This document shows, piece by piece, positions 47,048 through 57,240 of a stretch of 64,000 nt of DNA (within the stretch, counting starts at the first letter, position 1; each line of letters opens with the position of its first letter). A program made the translations under genes and the position numbers. The DNA is from Candidatus Aenigmatarchaeota archaeon (GTDB lineage Archaea > Aenigmatarchaeota > Aenigmatarchaeia > Aenigmatarchaeales > JACQIB01). Location: positions 178,760-242,759 of the forward strand of contig JACQIB010000004.1 of NCBI GenBank assembly GCA_016198755.1, read 5' to 3'. The notes below the pieces were generated by a model, which worked only from the letters and a program-made list of their open reading frames with translations, was not told the DNA's origin and made no database searches.

Positions 47048-47486
47048 TATAGAAAGGAAAGCACCTTTGGCTTCAGTGGAAATTATTATAGAAAAAGATG
47101 GAAAAATAGTTTTGATAAAAAGAGAGGGGCCACCATTTAAAGGGAAGTGGAAACTGCCTGGGGGTATGGTAGAGTATGGGCAGACTGTGGAACAGGCCGC
47201 TGTACTTGAAGCAAAAGAAGAAACAAACTTGGATGTGGAACTGCTGGATATTTTAGGAGTATATTCCAACCCACAGAGGGATCCGCGCTTCCATTCTTTA
47301 GCTACGGTTTTTGTTGCAAAGCCCCTGAACGGAGAGTTGAAAGGTGATATTGTAGAGACAACTGATGCCAAATGGATCGATATAAAGTATCTAACAACAG
47401 ATGATATGGGATTTGATCATGGAAAAATATTGGAAGATTTCAAAAAATGGCTTAGTGGAAAAAAAACATTTTGGACGGGGAGATAA
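47040..47486 (+). CDS. NUDIX hydrolase
   Basis: LPGGMVEYGQTVEQAAVLEAKEETNL; RDPR. Confidence 0.9.
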   Translation: MIDIERKAPLASVEIIIEKDGKIVLIKREGPPFKGKWKLPGGMVEYGQTVEQAAVLEAKEETNLDVELLDILGVYSNPQRDPRFHSLATVFVAKPLNGELKGDIVETTDAKWIDIKYLTTDDMGFDHGKILEDFKKWLSGKKTFWTGR

Positions 47487-48014
47487 ATGGAAACCGGAAT
47501 TGAAGGACTGACAATAACGCTGAATAAAGTTGTAAATGACTGGCGTGGTTCACTTTATGAACTGCTTCCGGGTGGATCTGGAAATCAATCAGTTTCCGAT
47601 GGCATAGGCAACCTATATGTTTCTGTTGGGAAGAAAAAATTTGTATGCAGAGTAGGGCATTATCATAAGAATAATACAGAGAATTTCTTTACACTTGGAG
47701 GTGCTACTCTCTGGATTTTTTGCGATATGAGAAAGGGATCGAAAACAGAGGGAACGGTTTTCGGTGGAATTTTCGGAGATGAATTCCAAAGTAAAACTTC
47801 CTTGCAGGTTATGACTATAGATAAGGGTACACTGGCAAAAGTGCGCGTTCCCACGGGAGTTTGGCATGCATATTGGCCTATCACAGAAAAACCATCAATT
47901 ATTATAGCTGTTGGATCTATCCCATACGAAAAGGAAGATAATGAAAAAGTTGAATATTCTGACATTGATGATGTTGTCAAAATACTGAAAACTGAGGGTG
48001 TAATAGATGAATAA
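47487..48014 (+). CDS. dTDP-sugar epimerase (RmlC-like cupin)
   Basis: DWRGSLYE, GHYH, DMRKGS, VPTGVWHAY; position in rml cluster. Confidence 0.75.
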   Translation: METGIEGLTITLNKVVNDWRGSLYELLPGGSGNQSVSDGIGNLYVSVGKKKFVCRVGHYHKNNTENFFTLGGATLWIFCDMRKGSKTEGTVFGGIFGDEFQSKTSLQVMTIDKGTLAKVRVPTGVWHAYWPITEKPSIIIAVGSIPYEKEDNEKVEYSDIDDVVKILKTEGVIDE

Positions 48015-48972
48015 AAAACTTCTGATAACAGGGGGGGCAGGTTTCATAGGAAGCAATTTTGTACACTACATACTCCAAAATCATCCTGACTATGATATTA
48101 TTGTGCTGGATAAGCTGACTTACGCAGGCAACCTGAATAATCTGAAAGCTGTCACAGACAAAATAAAATTTATCCGCGGGGATATATGCAACACTAAGGA
48201 TGTTGAGATGGCAATGGAAGGTGTGGATTTTGTTGTTTCATTCGCAGCTGAGACTCATGTAGACAGGAGTATATCTGGAGCAAAGGAGTTTGTAATGACA
48301 GAAGTTTTCGGGGCCAACACTCTCTTGGAAGTTGTGAATAGATTTGGGACAAAGAAGTTTGTTTTGGTTTCTACTGATGAGGTTTATGGGGAGATTGAAA
48401 AGGGCTCTTTTAATGAAACTGATCCTCTCCATCCAAGAAACCCTTATGCCGCCACAAAAGCTGGGGCTGACCTGCTTGCGCTATCCTTCTTCGAAACTTA
48501 TGGTCTTCCTGTTATGATAACGCGAACCACAAACAACTTCGGTCCTTACCAGCATCCTGAAAAATTTATTCCGCGCGCCCTTACTTCTGTGATGTCTGGA
48601 AAACCAATACAAATATATGGGGATGGGAAGCAAATAAGAGACTGGATTTTTGTAAAGGACAATTGTGCAGCTATAGACACGGTTTTGCAGAAGGGTAATG
48701 TGGGGGAAGTTTATAATATCTGCGCAAAGAACGAGAAAACAAACATAGAGATTGCCACAAAGGTTTTGCAGCTTTTGGGAAAGCCTGTGGATTCTTTAAA
48801 GTTTGTGCCTGACAGGCCCGGACATGATAAACGATATTCTCTGGACCCATCCAAAATACATGCCCTAGGCTGGACATGTAAAGAGACTTTCGACTCTGGA
48901 ATGAAAAATACTGTAGATTGGTATAAAGAAAATGAATGGTGGTGGAAGCCTCTTATTGAAAATATGGGCTGA
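48007..48972 (+). CDS. rmlB: dTDP-glucose 4,6-dehydratase
   Basis: GGAGFIG, DKLTYAGN, AAETHVDRSI, STDEVYG, DRPGHDKRY. Confidence 0.95.
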   Translation: MNKKLLITGGAGFIGSNFVHYILQNHPDYDIIVLDKLTYAGNLNNLKAVTDKIKFIRGDICNTKDVEMAMEGVDFVVSFAAETHVDRSISGAKEFVMTEVFGANTLLEVVNRFGTKKFVLVSTDEVYGEIEKGSFNETDPLHPRNPYAATKAGADLLALSFFETYGLPVMITRTTNNFGPYQHPEKFIPRALTSVMSGKPIQIYGDGKQIRDWIFVKDNCAAIDTVLQKGNVGEVYNICAKNEKTNIEIATKVLQLLGKPVDSLKFVPDRPGHDKRYSLDPSKIHALGWTCKETFDSGMKNTVDWYKENEWWWKPLIENMG

Positions 48973-49005
48973 GGGTACGGTAAACTTATAAGCGTTCCAC
49001 CATTT

Positions 49006-49965
49006 ATGAGTTGCATGAAAAATCCAAAAACCAGCATTATAATACTTAACTGGAACACGGCTGTAGATACTATAGAATGTTTGGAATCTTTGAAAAAACA
49101 GACTGAGAAGGATTTTGAGATTATATTGGTGGATAATGCCTCTGCACCTTCTGATATCGAGAAGTTAAAATTTTATTGTGAAAAAGAGAGGCAAATGGGA
49201 ATACAACTTCTATTTAACAAGGAAAACATGGGTTTTGCTGGTGGGAGTAATGCTGGCCTTAAACTTGCACGAGGGGAAATAATTATTTCTCTGAACAATG
49301 ATACTGTTGTGACAGAAGATTGGCTGGAAAATCTTCTTATCCCGTTCAAAGATCAGTCTGTGGGGGCTTCTGGATCCAAAGCTATTTACTTTTATGAAAG
49401 GGATAAAAAAATTGTACAATTTTCCGGGGGTAGGGTAACATTCTATGGTGCAGCAGTATGCGATGGTCAGGGAAAACCTGATGATAATATACCTTCTGAT
49501 ACGGTGGAATCGCAGTGGCTGATGGGAGCTGCATTTGCATTCAGGAGGACTATAATAGAAAAAATGGGCGAGTGGTTTTGTGAGTATTTCTTTGCATATT
49601 ATGATGAAGTTGATATCTGCTGGAGGATAAGATCTATGGGATATAGGGTAGTATATTGCCCGAAATCCACACTTTACCATAAGGGTTCTGCCTCAGTTAA
49701 AATAAATAAATTCTCTTACATGCAGCAAAAACTTTCTTTTAGGAACAAATACCTGACTTTCTGGAGAAATTTGCCTGTGTATAAATTCTTGGTTGTTTTG
49801 CCTTTCCTTTGCTCATATGACCTGCTCAGGTGTATAAAATATTCTGTTAGGGGCGAATTTTATTTTGCTAAATCGTATCTAGAAGGCATGATTGGTTTTG
49901 TTCTATCCTTGAATAAAGTGCACAGAATGCGCCTTGGTAAACTGTCCGACCTATCATTAAAATAA
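49006..49965 (+). CDS. GT2 glycosyltransferase (rhamnosyltransferase-like)
   Basis: ILNWN, VDNAS, NMGFAGG, LNND, YYDEVD. Confidence 0.88.
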   Translation: MSCMKNPKTSIIILNWNTAVDTIECLESLKKQTEKDFEIILVDNASAPSDIEKLKFYCEKERQMGIQLLFNKENMGFAGGSNAGLKLARGEIIISLNNDTVVTEDWLENLLIPFKDQSVGASGSKAIYFYERDKKIVQFSGGRVTFYGAAVCDGQGKPDDNIPSDTVESQWLMGAAFAFRRTIIEKMGEWFCEYFFAYYDEVDICWRIRSMGYRVVYCPKSTLYHKGSASVKINKFSYMQQKLSFRNKYLTFWRNLPVYKFLVVLPFLCSYDLLRCIKYSVRGEFYFAKSYLEGMIGFVLSLNKVHRMRLGKLSDLSLK

Positions 49966-49966
49966 A

Positions 49967-51199
49967 CTATACAATCCTTACATCTGGCACCGGAATTATG
50001 AATTTTCCCCCGCTTTTCCGGAATTTTCTTTCCTTTTCTATTATAACCGCGGCATAATTCCATGACAAAAGAAGAGCATAATCTATATGTGATTTGTATA
50101 AGCTGTCTGGTGGCAGGATTTTTATATGTGTTCCGGGTGTGTACAATCCCTGTTTCATCGGTGTGGAATCAGTAACAAAATCTAGAATTTTGCCATCTAT
50201 TCCGCAGTAATTCAGCAATGTGCTTCCCTTTGCAGGTGCACCATATCCTATTATTGTCTTACCATCCCCTTTAAGGCTTAAAAGCAGCTCTACCAGGGCT
50301 TTTTTGTTTTTTTCAACCCTATCTGCAAATTTCATATATGTCTCAATTTTGTCAAGACCTAATTCCTTTTCAAGAGTAATCTGCCCAAGCACTGCTTCAG
50401 ACTGCTCACGCCCTGCGGAAACAAATACTCTCAACGACTCCCCGTGTATGGGCACTTTTTCTACATCGAAAATATCCAAGCCGACAGACTTCACTATGGT
50501 AGATAAAGCGTGGAGAGAAAAATATGAGAGATGCTCGTGATATATCTGATCGAATCCTCCATCACCTATAAGATTTCCAACCCAATGTACTTCAAATACG
50601 AAAACTCCTTCTTTACCTACCAGAGCTTTTACACCGTTGAAAAGTCCCCTAAGGTCGTCTATATGCGCCACAACATTATTTGCAATAACAATCTTCGCAT
50701 TTCCGTATTTTTTTATTATTTCTGCTGCCAGTCTCTCGCTGAAAAATTCTGGTATGGTTTCTATACCCCGTGATACGGAAACTTTAGCCAGATTATCTGC
50801 CGGTTCTATACCGAGAGTTTTACACCTGTTATTTATCGCATACAGTAAAGCCCCGTCATTGCTTCCAATCTCAATAACCAGAGACGAAACCGAATTTACA
50901 AACTTATTGACAAGGTCTTCGCCCATTTTTCTAAAATGTTCCTCCAGCGGTTTGCTTGCTGATGTAGAATATGCATAATTATTGAACAGAATTTTAGGGT
51001 TAACAATATCAACGAGTTGGACAAGATAACAATCCATGCAAAAATAGACTTCCAGTGGAAACTTCTCATCCTCTTGATACGAATTTTTAACGAACGCATT
51101 TGCTAACGCCATTTTTCCAAGATTCAGAAACCTGTAGAGTTTTCGCCCTCCGCATACTCTACATGTTTCTCTGTGAGAAAAATTGTCCATTTTAATCAA
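49967..51199 (-). CDS. NDP-sugar C-methyltransferase (C3'-methyltransferase family)
   Basis: CRVC/CMDC Zn motif, EIGSNDG, IYHEH, HGESLR, GYGAPAKG. Confidence 0.9.
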   Translation of the reverse strand: MIKMDNFSHRETCRVCGGRKLYRFLNLGKMALANAFVKNSYQEDEKFPLEVYFCMDCYLVQLVDIVNPKILFNNYAYSTSASKPLEEHFRKMGEDLVNKFVNSVSSLVIEIGSNDGALLYAINNRCKTLGIEPADNLAKVSVSRGIETIPEFFSERLAAEIIKKYGNAKIVIANNVVAHIDDLRGLFNGVKALVGKEGVFVFEVHWVGNLIGDGGFDQIYHEHLSYFSLHALSTIVKSVGLDIFDVEKVPIHGESLRVFVSAGREQSEAVLGQITLEKELGLDKIETYMKFADRVEKNKKALVELLLSLKGDGKTIIGYGAPAKGSTLLNYCGIDGKILDFVTDSTPMKQGLYTPGTHIKILPPDSLYKSHIDYALLLSWNYAAVIIEKERKFRKSGGKFIIPVPDVRIV

Positions 51200-51310
51200 T
51201 CAACTGTTGTGCGGAACGTTTATAAATCATATACGTATACAACGGATTTCAGGCCAAGAACTTCTGACCTGTCATTATAGGTATTTATATTCTAGATATG
51301 GCTGATTGGA

Positions 51311-51775
51311 TTGATGGATTACAAAATACTTTCCTTTATAGTTGTTCTTGCACTGCTTGCAGCAGGCTGCACAGGACAGGGGGAAAAGAAAGCTGTATCG
51401 GGGGATACTGTTTCAGTTTTTTATACAGGAAAATTGGATGGCGGGACTGTTTTTGACTCAAATGTAGGAAAGGAGGCATTAAAATTCAAAATCGGGGAGG
51501 GACAGGTTATAAAAGGGTTTGAGGATGCTGTTGTTGGACTGAAAGTCGGGGAAACAAAAATAGTAAGAATACCAGCGGAAAAAGCATATGGAAACAGGGA
51601 TGAAAAGCTTGTCATAGAACAGGAACTTGTGAATGGTACACAGATTGAATTGAAACTGCCGCGCCAGCCTTCTGCTGTGGAAAAGATAAACGATACTTAT
51701 GTAAAGGTTGATTATAACCCAAAGTTTGCAGGGCAGGCGCTAAACTTCGAGATTAGGTTATTCTCAATAGAGTAG
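51311..51775 (+). CDS. FKBP-type peptidyl-prolyl isomerase with lipoprotein signal
   Basis: LAAGC, YTGKLDGGTVFDS, VIKGFE, AYG. Confidence 0.9.
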   Translation: MMDYKILSFIVVLALLAAGCTGQGEKKAVSGDTVSVFYTGKLDGGTVFDSNVGKEALKFKIGEGQVIKGFEDAVVGLKVGETKIVRIPAEKAYGNRDEKLVIEQELVNGTQIELKLPRQPSAVEKINDTYVKVDYNPKFAGQALNFEIRLFSIE

Positions 51776-51816
51776 CAGTATTTATACTATCTGTTTTAAT
51801 TGGTATTCTGACTTTT

Positions 51817-53046
51817 ATGCCAACATTAAAAGAGAATGCGCTAGTTTATCATAAGAAAGGAAAGCATGGTAAATTGGAAGTGCGGGGAACAAAGCCTGCG
51901 CGCACAATGAAAGATTTGAGCTTAGCTTACACTCCGGGAGTTGCTGAGGTTTGCAGGGCAATAGTTGAAAATCCTGAGAGAGTTTATGACTATACAATAA
52001 AGGGGAACTGCATAGCTATCCTAACTAATGGAACAAGAGTTTTGGGATTGGGAAATATTGGGCCCAGCGCAGGGCTGCCTGTAATGGAAGGGAAGGCGTT
52101 AATTTACAAACTGCTGGGGGGTGTAGATGCTTTCCCTGTTTGCATTAAAGCTGATTCCGTGGAAGAATTTATTGCAGTTGCAAAAGCACTGGAACCTACT
52201 TTTGGTGGTTTTAATTTGGAGGATATACGCTCTCCAGACTGCTTTGATATTGAAAGAACACTGGAAAATGAGCTGGGTATACCAGTTTTCCATGATGACC
52301 AGCATGGGACTGCTGTTTCTGTCTGCGCTGCCCTGATAAATGCATTAAAAATTATTGGAAAGGATTTTGCTGATGTGAAAATTGCAATAAGCGGAGCCGG
52401 AGCTGCAGGGTTGGCTGTTACAAAGCTTTTGAACTCTGGCTTTGGAGCCAGAAAAATTGTTGTATGTGACAGTAAGGGTATAATTTTTCCCGGAAGGGAC
52501 AATTTAACAGAGGATAAGAATGAAATTGCTATACTTACTGCACCCAAAGAACGCGGTGGACTGAAAGAAGCCATGAAAGGAGCTGATGTTTTTATTGGTC
52601 TATCTTCCGGAGGCATTGTTTCTTCCCAGATGGTAATCTCTATGGCTTCACAGCCAATAATTTTTGCGCTTGCAAACCCTGTACCTGAGATTTCCCCAGA
52701 AGAAGCAAAAAAATCAGGAGCCTATATAGTTGGAACAGCAAGGGCTGATTATCCAAATCAAGTAAACAATTCTGTTGCTTTTCCAGGAATTATGAGAGGT
52801 CTGCTTGACTGTAATGCAAGAAAACTTAACATGGAAATAAAGGTAGCTGCTGCCCGCGCAATTGCTGGCTGTGTGAAGAAACCTACAGTAAATAATATTA
52901 TTCCAACTTCTCTCGACAAAACTGTTGCTCCTAAAGTGGCTGCAGCTGTTGTAAGCGCAGCTCAGGATAGTGAGGTTGCGAGGAGAGGAATAAAAGATTT
53001 GAAACAATATGAAGCAGAAGTTAAGAAACGCATATCATCTGGCTAA
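51817..53046 (+). CDS. NAD(P)-dependent malic enzyme
   Basis: LAYTPGVA, MEGK, HDDQHGTA, GAGAAG, ANPVPE. Confidence 0.95.
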   Translation: MPTLKENALVYHKKGKHGKLEVRGTKPARTMKDLSLAYTPGVAEVCRAIVENPERVYDYTIKGNCIAILTNGTRVLGLGNIGPSAGLPVMEGKALIYKLLGGVDAFPVCIKADSVEEFIAVAKALEPTFGGFNLEDIRSPDCFDIERTLENELGIPVFHDDQHGTAVSVCAALINALKIIGKDFADVKIAISGAGAAGLAVTKLLNSGFGARKIVVCDSKGIIFPGRDNLTEDKNEIAILTAPKERGGLKEAMKGADVFIGLSSGGIVSSQMVISMASQPIIFALANPVPEISPEEAKKSGAYIVGTARADYPNQVNNSVAFPGIMRGLLDCNARKLNMEIKVAAARAIAGCVKKPTVNNIIPTSLDKTVAPKVAAAVVSAAQDSEVARRGIKDLKQYEAEVKKRISSG

Positions 53047-55283
53047 GCTATAATTCCTTTGAAAAAGAAAGCTAACAGGAAAAGTATTGCCCCGAAAGAT
53101 ATTATTGCTGCACCAATATACTTTCCTTTTCCAGATTCCCCCCTTCTTATTTTAGTAACAAAACCAGCAAGCTGTAGAGCTATTACCAGTACTGTAACAG
53201 AAATTAACAAATAGCCTGGGGGAGTGAAAAGAGCCGGAGGGTTCATCCGTGTATAGTGGAGTATAGAGAAAATATAGCCCACATAAATTAGGCGGTGGAT
53301 TGCTTTCCAGCGGGCAAAGCCTAATTTTCGCACAGCCCAATCTGTTGAAGTGGAATAGAGAGGCAAGAAAATAGCGAAAGCAAAGACGCCGAACAAAACA
53401 GCATTTGCAAACGGATTCAGGGAAAAGAACAGTGCAGCAAAATCAAAACCATATACATAAGCTATGGCTGACAGTGCATGTAAAATTATAATAGTAAACC
53501 CCCCGACTCCGAAAGTCCTTCTGTACTCTACAAAATTGTATTTTGGCTTGAGCAGAGATAAAGGCCCGAGCATTATCGCAATACCTATTAACGTTGCACC
53601 AGAGAATGATGAGGCACGAACAAGTGACAGAGAAAGGCTGCCATTGGAAAATGAGAAATACTGATAGACAAACTGCACAGCCCAGAACAAAATTAAAAGG
53701 GCTGCTGTTTTTGCTATATAGGCTTTTTTGCCCCATATTTCCTTTCCAAGGGAATGTTGCTCTGCTTCAGGACTCTGCTTTTCTTGGTCTGCTTTTCCTG
53801 AAAGGTTTATTTCAATATTCTCTCCGGAAACACGGGTTTCGTATGCTTTAACAGGCATAGTGGCTGGCGGCCCTAAAACTTTCCCTGTAGTAACATCAAA
53901 CTTTGCACCATGGTATGGACACTGGACTATTTGTCCTTTTATTTCACCCTCAGAAAGCGGCCCGCCCGCATGTGTACACATGTTGTCTATCGCATAAATT
54001 TTCCCTGAAACATTGAAAAGTGCGATCTTTCTACCGCCAGCAGACGCGCAGAAAGGCTTTCCTTCTACAACATCTTTTGTAGTTGCAACTTTTGTAAATC
54101 CGTGAACAACTTGGGCCTTTGGAATTTCAGGTAATTTAGAACCTGCGCGGGCAAAGGAAAAAATATCTGTATACTCATTGTTTTTCCCTGAAACTAAATC
54201 AGAAAGCAAATTAGCAGCAACAGCTGAAAAAACCAGCCCATTCCCTCCAAAACCTGTCACCAGAAAAATCCTGTCTTTGAACGCTGGATGAGCTGAGATA
54301 TAGGGAAGACCATCTGCTGTTTCAAAAAGGCTGCCAGACCACTTTTTCTGGATTTCAAACTCTCCCGGCAAATAATCCTCCAGAAACTGCTTTAGTGTTT
54401 CATGCGGATCTCCCTCAGTCTTTACTCCAACTGCCCTGTCAGCTCCGCCCAACATTAGAGTTTTGTCATCAATCTTCCTGTAGTAATAATAAGGCCGGAA
54501 AGTATCTGCAAAAGTATTATCTGGTATTGTAAGGTTCTTGTACTTTGCTGTTATTGCAAACGTTATTTTTGGCTCAATTATGTGGGAAAAATTCCCAATA
54601 AAAGCCGGTGGTGAGCCTGTTGTGAAAATAACTTTCTTTGCCTTTACTCTGCCTGAAGCTGTTTTTAAAATAACAGTGTGTCCAATATCCTCGAAGGATA
54701 AAACCTCAGAATTTTCAAAAACCTGAATTTTTGCCCTCTGTACAAGAGACAGGACAAACTTGCGCGGGTTAAATCTTCCTTCATTTGGAAAAACTATAGC
54801 CTGCTTTATTTTTCCTATATCTTCAGAAACAAGCTTGGCAGAAGTGTCAGCTTCCCGCACAGTTTCCCATTCCTTTTTCAGGAAGCTGTCTGTTTTGGAG
54901 TAGGAACAGTAATAAAGTTTGCAGGGAGAAAAATCACATTCTATATTTTCCTTTTTTATCGTCTCAATAAAAACCTCCTGTGCGCGCGCAGTGCAAAAGA
55001 AAAGCCTGCGCAGGAAAGCTTTCCCATACTTTTTCTCAAGGGCTGATATATTTGTGTCTGGAACTCTCGTTAAAAAGCCTGTTGAGTAAGATGTATCACC
55101 GGAAGCTATTTCCTTTTTTTCCAAAAGGACAACTGAAAAACCTTTTTTAGCCAGTGTATATGCTGTGAAAACCCCTGCTATCCCGCCCCCTACAACGCAG
55201 ACATCAGCTGAAATGTCTGAAGAAAGGCTTGGATAACCAATACTCTTTGCTGTAGGAATCCATGGGGAAGAGCTGCTTTCCAT
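53043..55283 (-). CDS. FAD-dependent oxidoreductase + Rieske [2Fe-2S] + MsrQ/ferric-reductase-like membrane domain fusion
   Basis: GGGIAG, DGLPYI, GFGGNG; CTH...CPYH; RRTFG..H, TSTD..WKAIHRLIY..H. Confidence 0.85.
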   Translation of the reverse strand: MESSSSPWIPTAKSIGYPSLSSDISADVCVVGGGIAGVFTAYTLAKKGFSVVLLEKKEIASGDTSYSTGFLTRVPDTNISALEKKYGKAFLRRLFFCTARAQEVFIETIKKENIECDFSPCKLYYCSYSKTDSFLKKEWETVREADTSAKLVSEDIGKIKQAIVFPNEGRFNPRKFVLSLVQRAKIQVFENSEVLSFEDIGHTVILKTASGRVKAKKVIFTTGSPPAFIGNFSHIIEPKITFAITAKYKNLTIPDNTFADTFRPYYYYRKIDDKTLMLGGADRAVGVKTEGDPHETLKQFLEDYLPGEFEIQKKWSGSLFETADGLPYISAHPAFKDRIFLVTGFGGNGLVFSAVAANLLSDLVSGKNNEYTDIFSFARAGSKLPEIPKAQVVHGFTKVATTKDVVEGKPFCASAGGRKIALFNVSGKIYAIDNMCTHAGGPLSEGEIKGQIVQCPYHGAKFDVTTGKVLGPPATMPVKAYETRVSGENIEINLSGKADQEKQSPEAEQHSLGKEIWGKKAYIAKTAALLILFWAVQFVYQYFSFSNGSLSLSLVRASSFSGATLIGIAIMLGPLSLLKPKYNFVEYRRTFGVGGFTIIILHALSAIAYVYGFDFAALFFSLNPFANAVLFGVFAFAIFLPLYSTSTDWAVRKLGFARWKAIHRLIYVGYIFSILHYTRMNPPALFTPPGYLLISVTVLVIALQLAGFVTKIRRGESGKGKYIGAAIISFGAILFLLAFFFKGIIA

Positions 55284-55349
55284 ATACCAGAATTTGCTGT
55301 TTGGAATATAAGCTTTATATGACCGGTTTTTTCCTGTCTATTTTGACAT

Positions 55350-56492
55350 TTACGTCTTGAACCATGTACTATGTTGGGTGGGAGGAGCAGCATTATCTGA
55401 AACCATTGTTACCACTAACCTTGTATCCACTTTTCTAGGCACATCCAGCGATATTTTATACCAACCGCTTCCAGCAGACTCTATATCCAGCGGAGCGCTA
55501 TATTTCTGGCTATATACCTTATTTGGATCTGAAGTTTCAAAAGCCACATAAACCTTTGTGTTCAGAGCTGTTTCTGAGCCCTCATTTGATACATTGACAG
55601 TTATAAGATAGTTAACTTTTTTACTGTCATAACTCACTGACTTTGCAGTCCATTCAAAAGTTAGATAGGGCTTGGCTATCAGAGGCAATACCTCAACCTT
55701 TTGGTCCTTGTATTCCTTTGGTATTTCCCCTATTTTCCAGTTATCTCCGGTTGTTTCAAGATAATAATATTTTTTTCCTTTGAACTCATAGTATGTTCCG
55801 GATTGGCTTTCTAAATTTACGCCGACAGCCATGTGTCTGGGCGGGGATATCATAACAACATCATATCCCATTTCCTTGAGAAGTACAGATGTCAATATAG
55901 CAGTGTCCTCACAGTCCCCGCCATTATCCCAGAGTGTTTCATATGGATATCTCTGATATTCATCAAACCCTGTAGTTACATTGTCTGAAGTGTATGGCAG
56001 ACTTTGAACAAAAGAAATTACAAAATTTATAGTATCGCGGTCATTATATCCTTCCCCTGAAGCTGACTGTTTAAATAATTCAACAATAGTCCGTATTAGT
56101 TCATCATCATAAGGGTCTGTTGCATATGTTGTATATTCATCTGTCCTTTTCTTGGATTTATAGAAATTATAGGTATCTTCTGACAAAGTCAGATCCCAGG
56201 TCCAGTCATTCCCATTAAAGTCTGTCCAGTTAAAATGCCTTACAACTGTACCATTCGCAGGTGCTGGTTGAGTTGTTGTTGTAACCGGAATGTTTACCAT
56301 TGTTGTGGTTGTTGTAGAAGTTGTTGTGGTCGAAGTGGTAGTAGAAGTTGTGGAAGTTTCAACTACTTCCTCTGTGGTAGTTGTTGTCCCTCCATCTCCG
56401 CCAGAATTTGTGTTGTCATAATCATTTGAGCTCTGATCCACACAGCCGGCAACAAAAACAGCCAAAATAAGGATAGCTATTATTTTTTTCAT
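55350..56492 (-). CDS. lipoprotein with transglutaminase-like Cys protease domain
   Basis: VAGC, FVQSLPY, GDCED, HMAVG, YLETT. Confidence 0.85.
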   Translation of the reverse strand: MKKIIAILILAVFVAGCVDQSSNDYDNTNSGGDGGTTTTTEEVVETSTTSTTTSTTTTSTTTTTMVNIPVTTTTQPAPANGTVVRHFNWTDFNGNDWTWDLTLSEDTYNFYKSKKRTDEYTTYATDPYDDELIRTIVELFKQSASGEGYNDRDTINFVISFVQSLPYTSDNVTTGFDEYQRYPYETLWDNGGDCEDTAILTSVLLKEMGYDVVMISPPRHMAVGVNLESQSGTYYEFKGKKYYYLETTGDNWKIGEIPKEYKDQKVEVLPLIAKPYLTFEWTAKSVSYDSKKVNYLITVNVSNEGSETALNTKVYVAFETSDPNKVYSQKYSAPLDIESAGSGWYKISLDVPRKVDTRLVVTMVSDNAAPPTQHSTWFKT

Positions 56493-56616
56493 ATATTATT
56501 ACCTCTCACGCTCTTTTAGACTGTCTATTTTTCTTTGTTTAGAATATAAGGCTTCCTTTGCCTGAAAAACAGGAAGGGATTTAAAGGTTTATCTCCTAAC
56601 TGTTCTCAGTGATAAA

Positions 56617-57222
56617 ATGGAGAAAGGCTTAAGACATTCTCTGGGAACAGCGGCTGGTTCAAACATTAGGGTGGTATTGGGTTGGAAGACAATATTTGAT
56701 ACGAATGTTTCTTATGGGCTTTTTGACCTTTCCAGATATGGAGTACATGGAACAGCTTATGTTTTAAGGGCAGTTTTAATAGGAGATGGAAGATATGAAA
56801 TTGGAAAGGTTGAGACCTACCTAACAGATAAAGGCCCTGTTGTCAGGAACATTGAAAGAACAATACCATTTGGAGCAAGGAACGCCGTTGCGGCGCCGCT
56901 GGTTTCCATTTGCAATGGAGCCGCTATGGTTTATTTGCCTGATGCAGACCAGTTTGACGGGAATGGAAAACCAAGAAATCCTATTTTATATAATGCACCA
57001 ACACTTTCACATATGCCTCCGGGAGGCATTGCTGTTTTTGAAAACCCTGAGAAAAGGAAACTTTCGGATTTTTTTGACGGTCCCCATTGTTTAGATCCTT
57101 CTAATCTTTCAGGACCCAGAATAATGACTGTCAAAACAGAAGAACTTGAAAGACTGCCCGAAATAAAACCGATGGGGGATGTAACTCTGTTCAGAGCTTT
57201 TCAAGAAGCTGTTGTTTTCTAG
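56617..57222 (+). CDS. hypothetical protein
   Basis: 201-aa ORF, no motif. Confidence 0.6.
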   Translation: MEKGLRHSLGTAAGSNIRVVLGWKTIFDTNVSYGLFDLSRYGVHGTAYVLRAVLIGDGRYEIGKVETYLTDKGPVVRNIERTIPFGARNAVAAPLVSICNGAAMVYLPDADQFDGNGKPRNPILYNAPTLSHMPPGGIAVFENPEKRKLSDFFDGPHCLDPSNLSGPRIMTVKTEELERLPEIKPMGDVTLFRAFQEAVVF

Positions 57223-57240
57223 AACTTTATTATACTTCCC

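Noticed and set aside
45310-51199. dTDP-rhamnose and methyl-sugar cluster as a novel system
   Set aside because: Ordinary surface-glycan pathway; only the divergent rmlA and embedded NUDIX gene are mildly unusual
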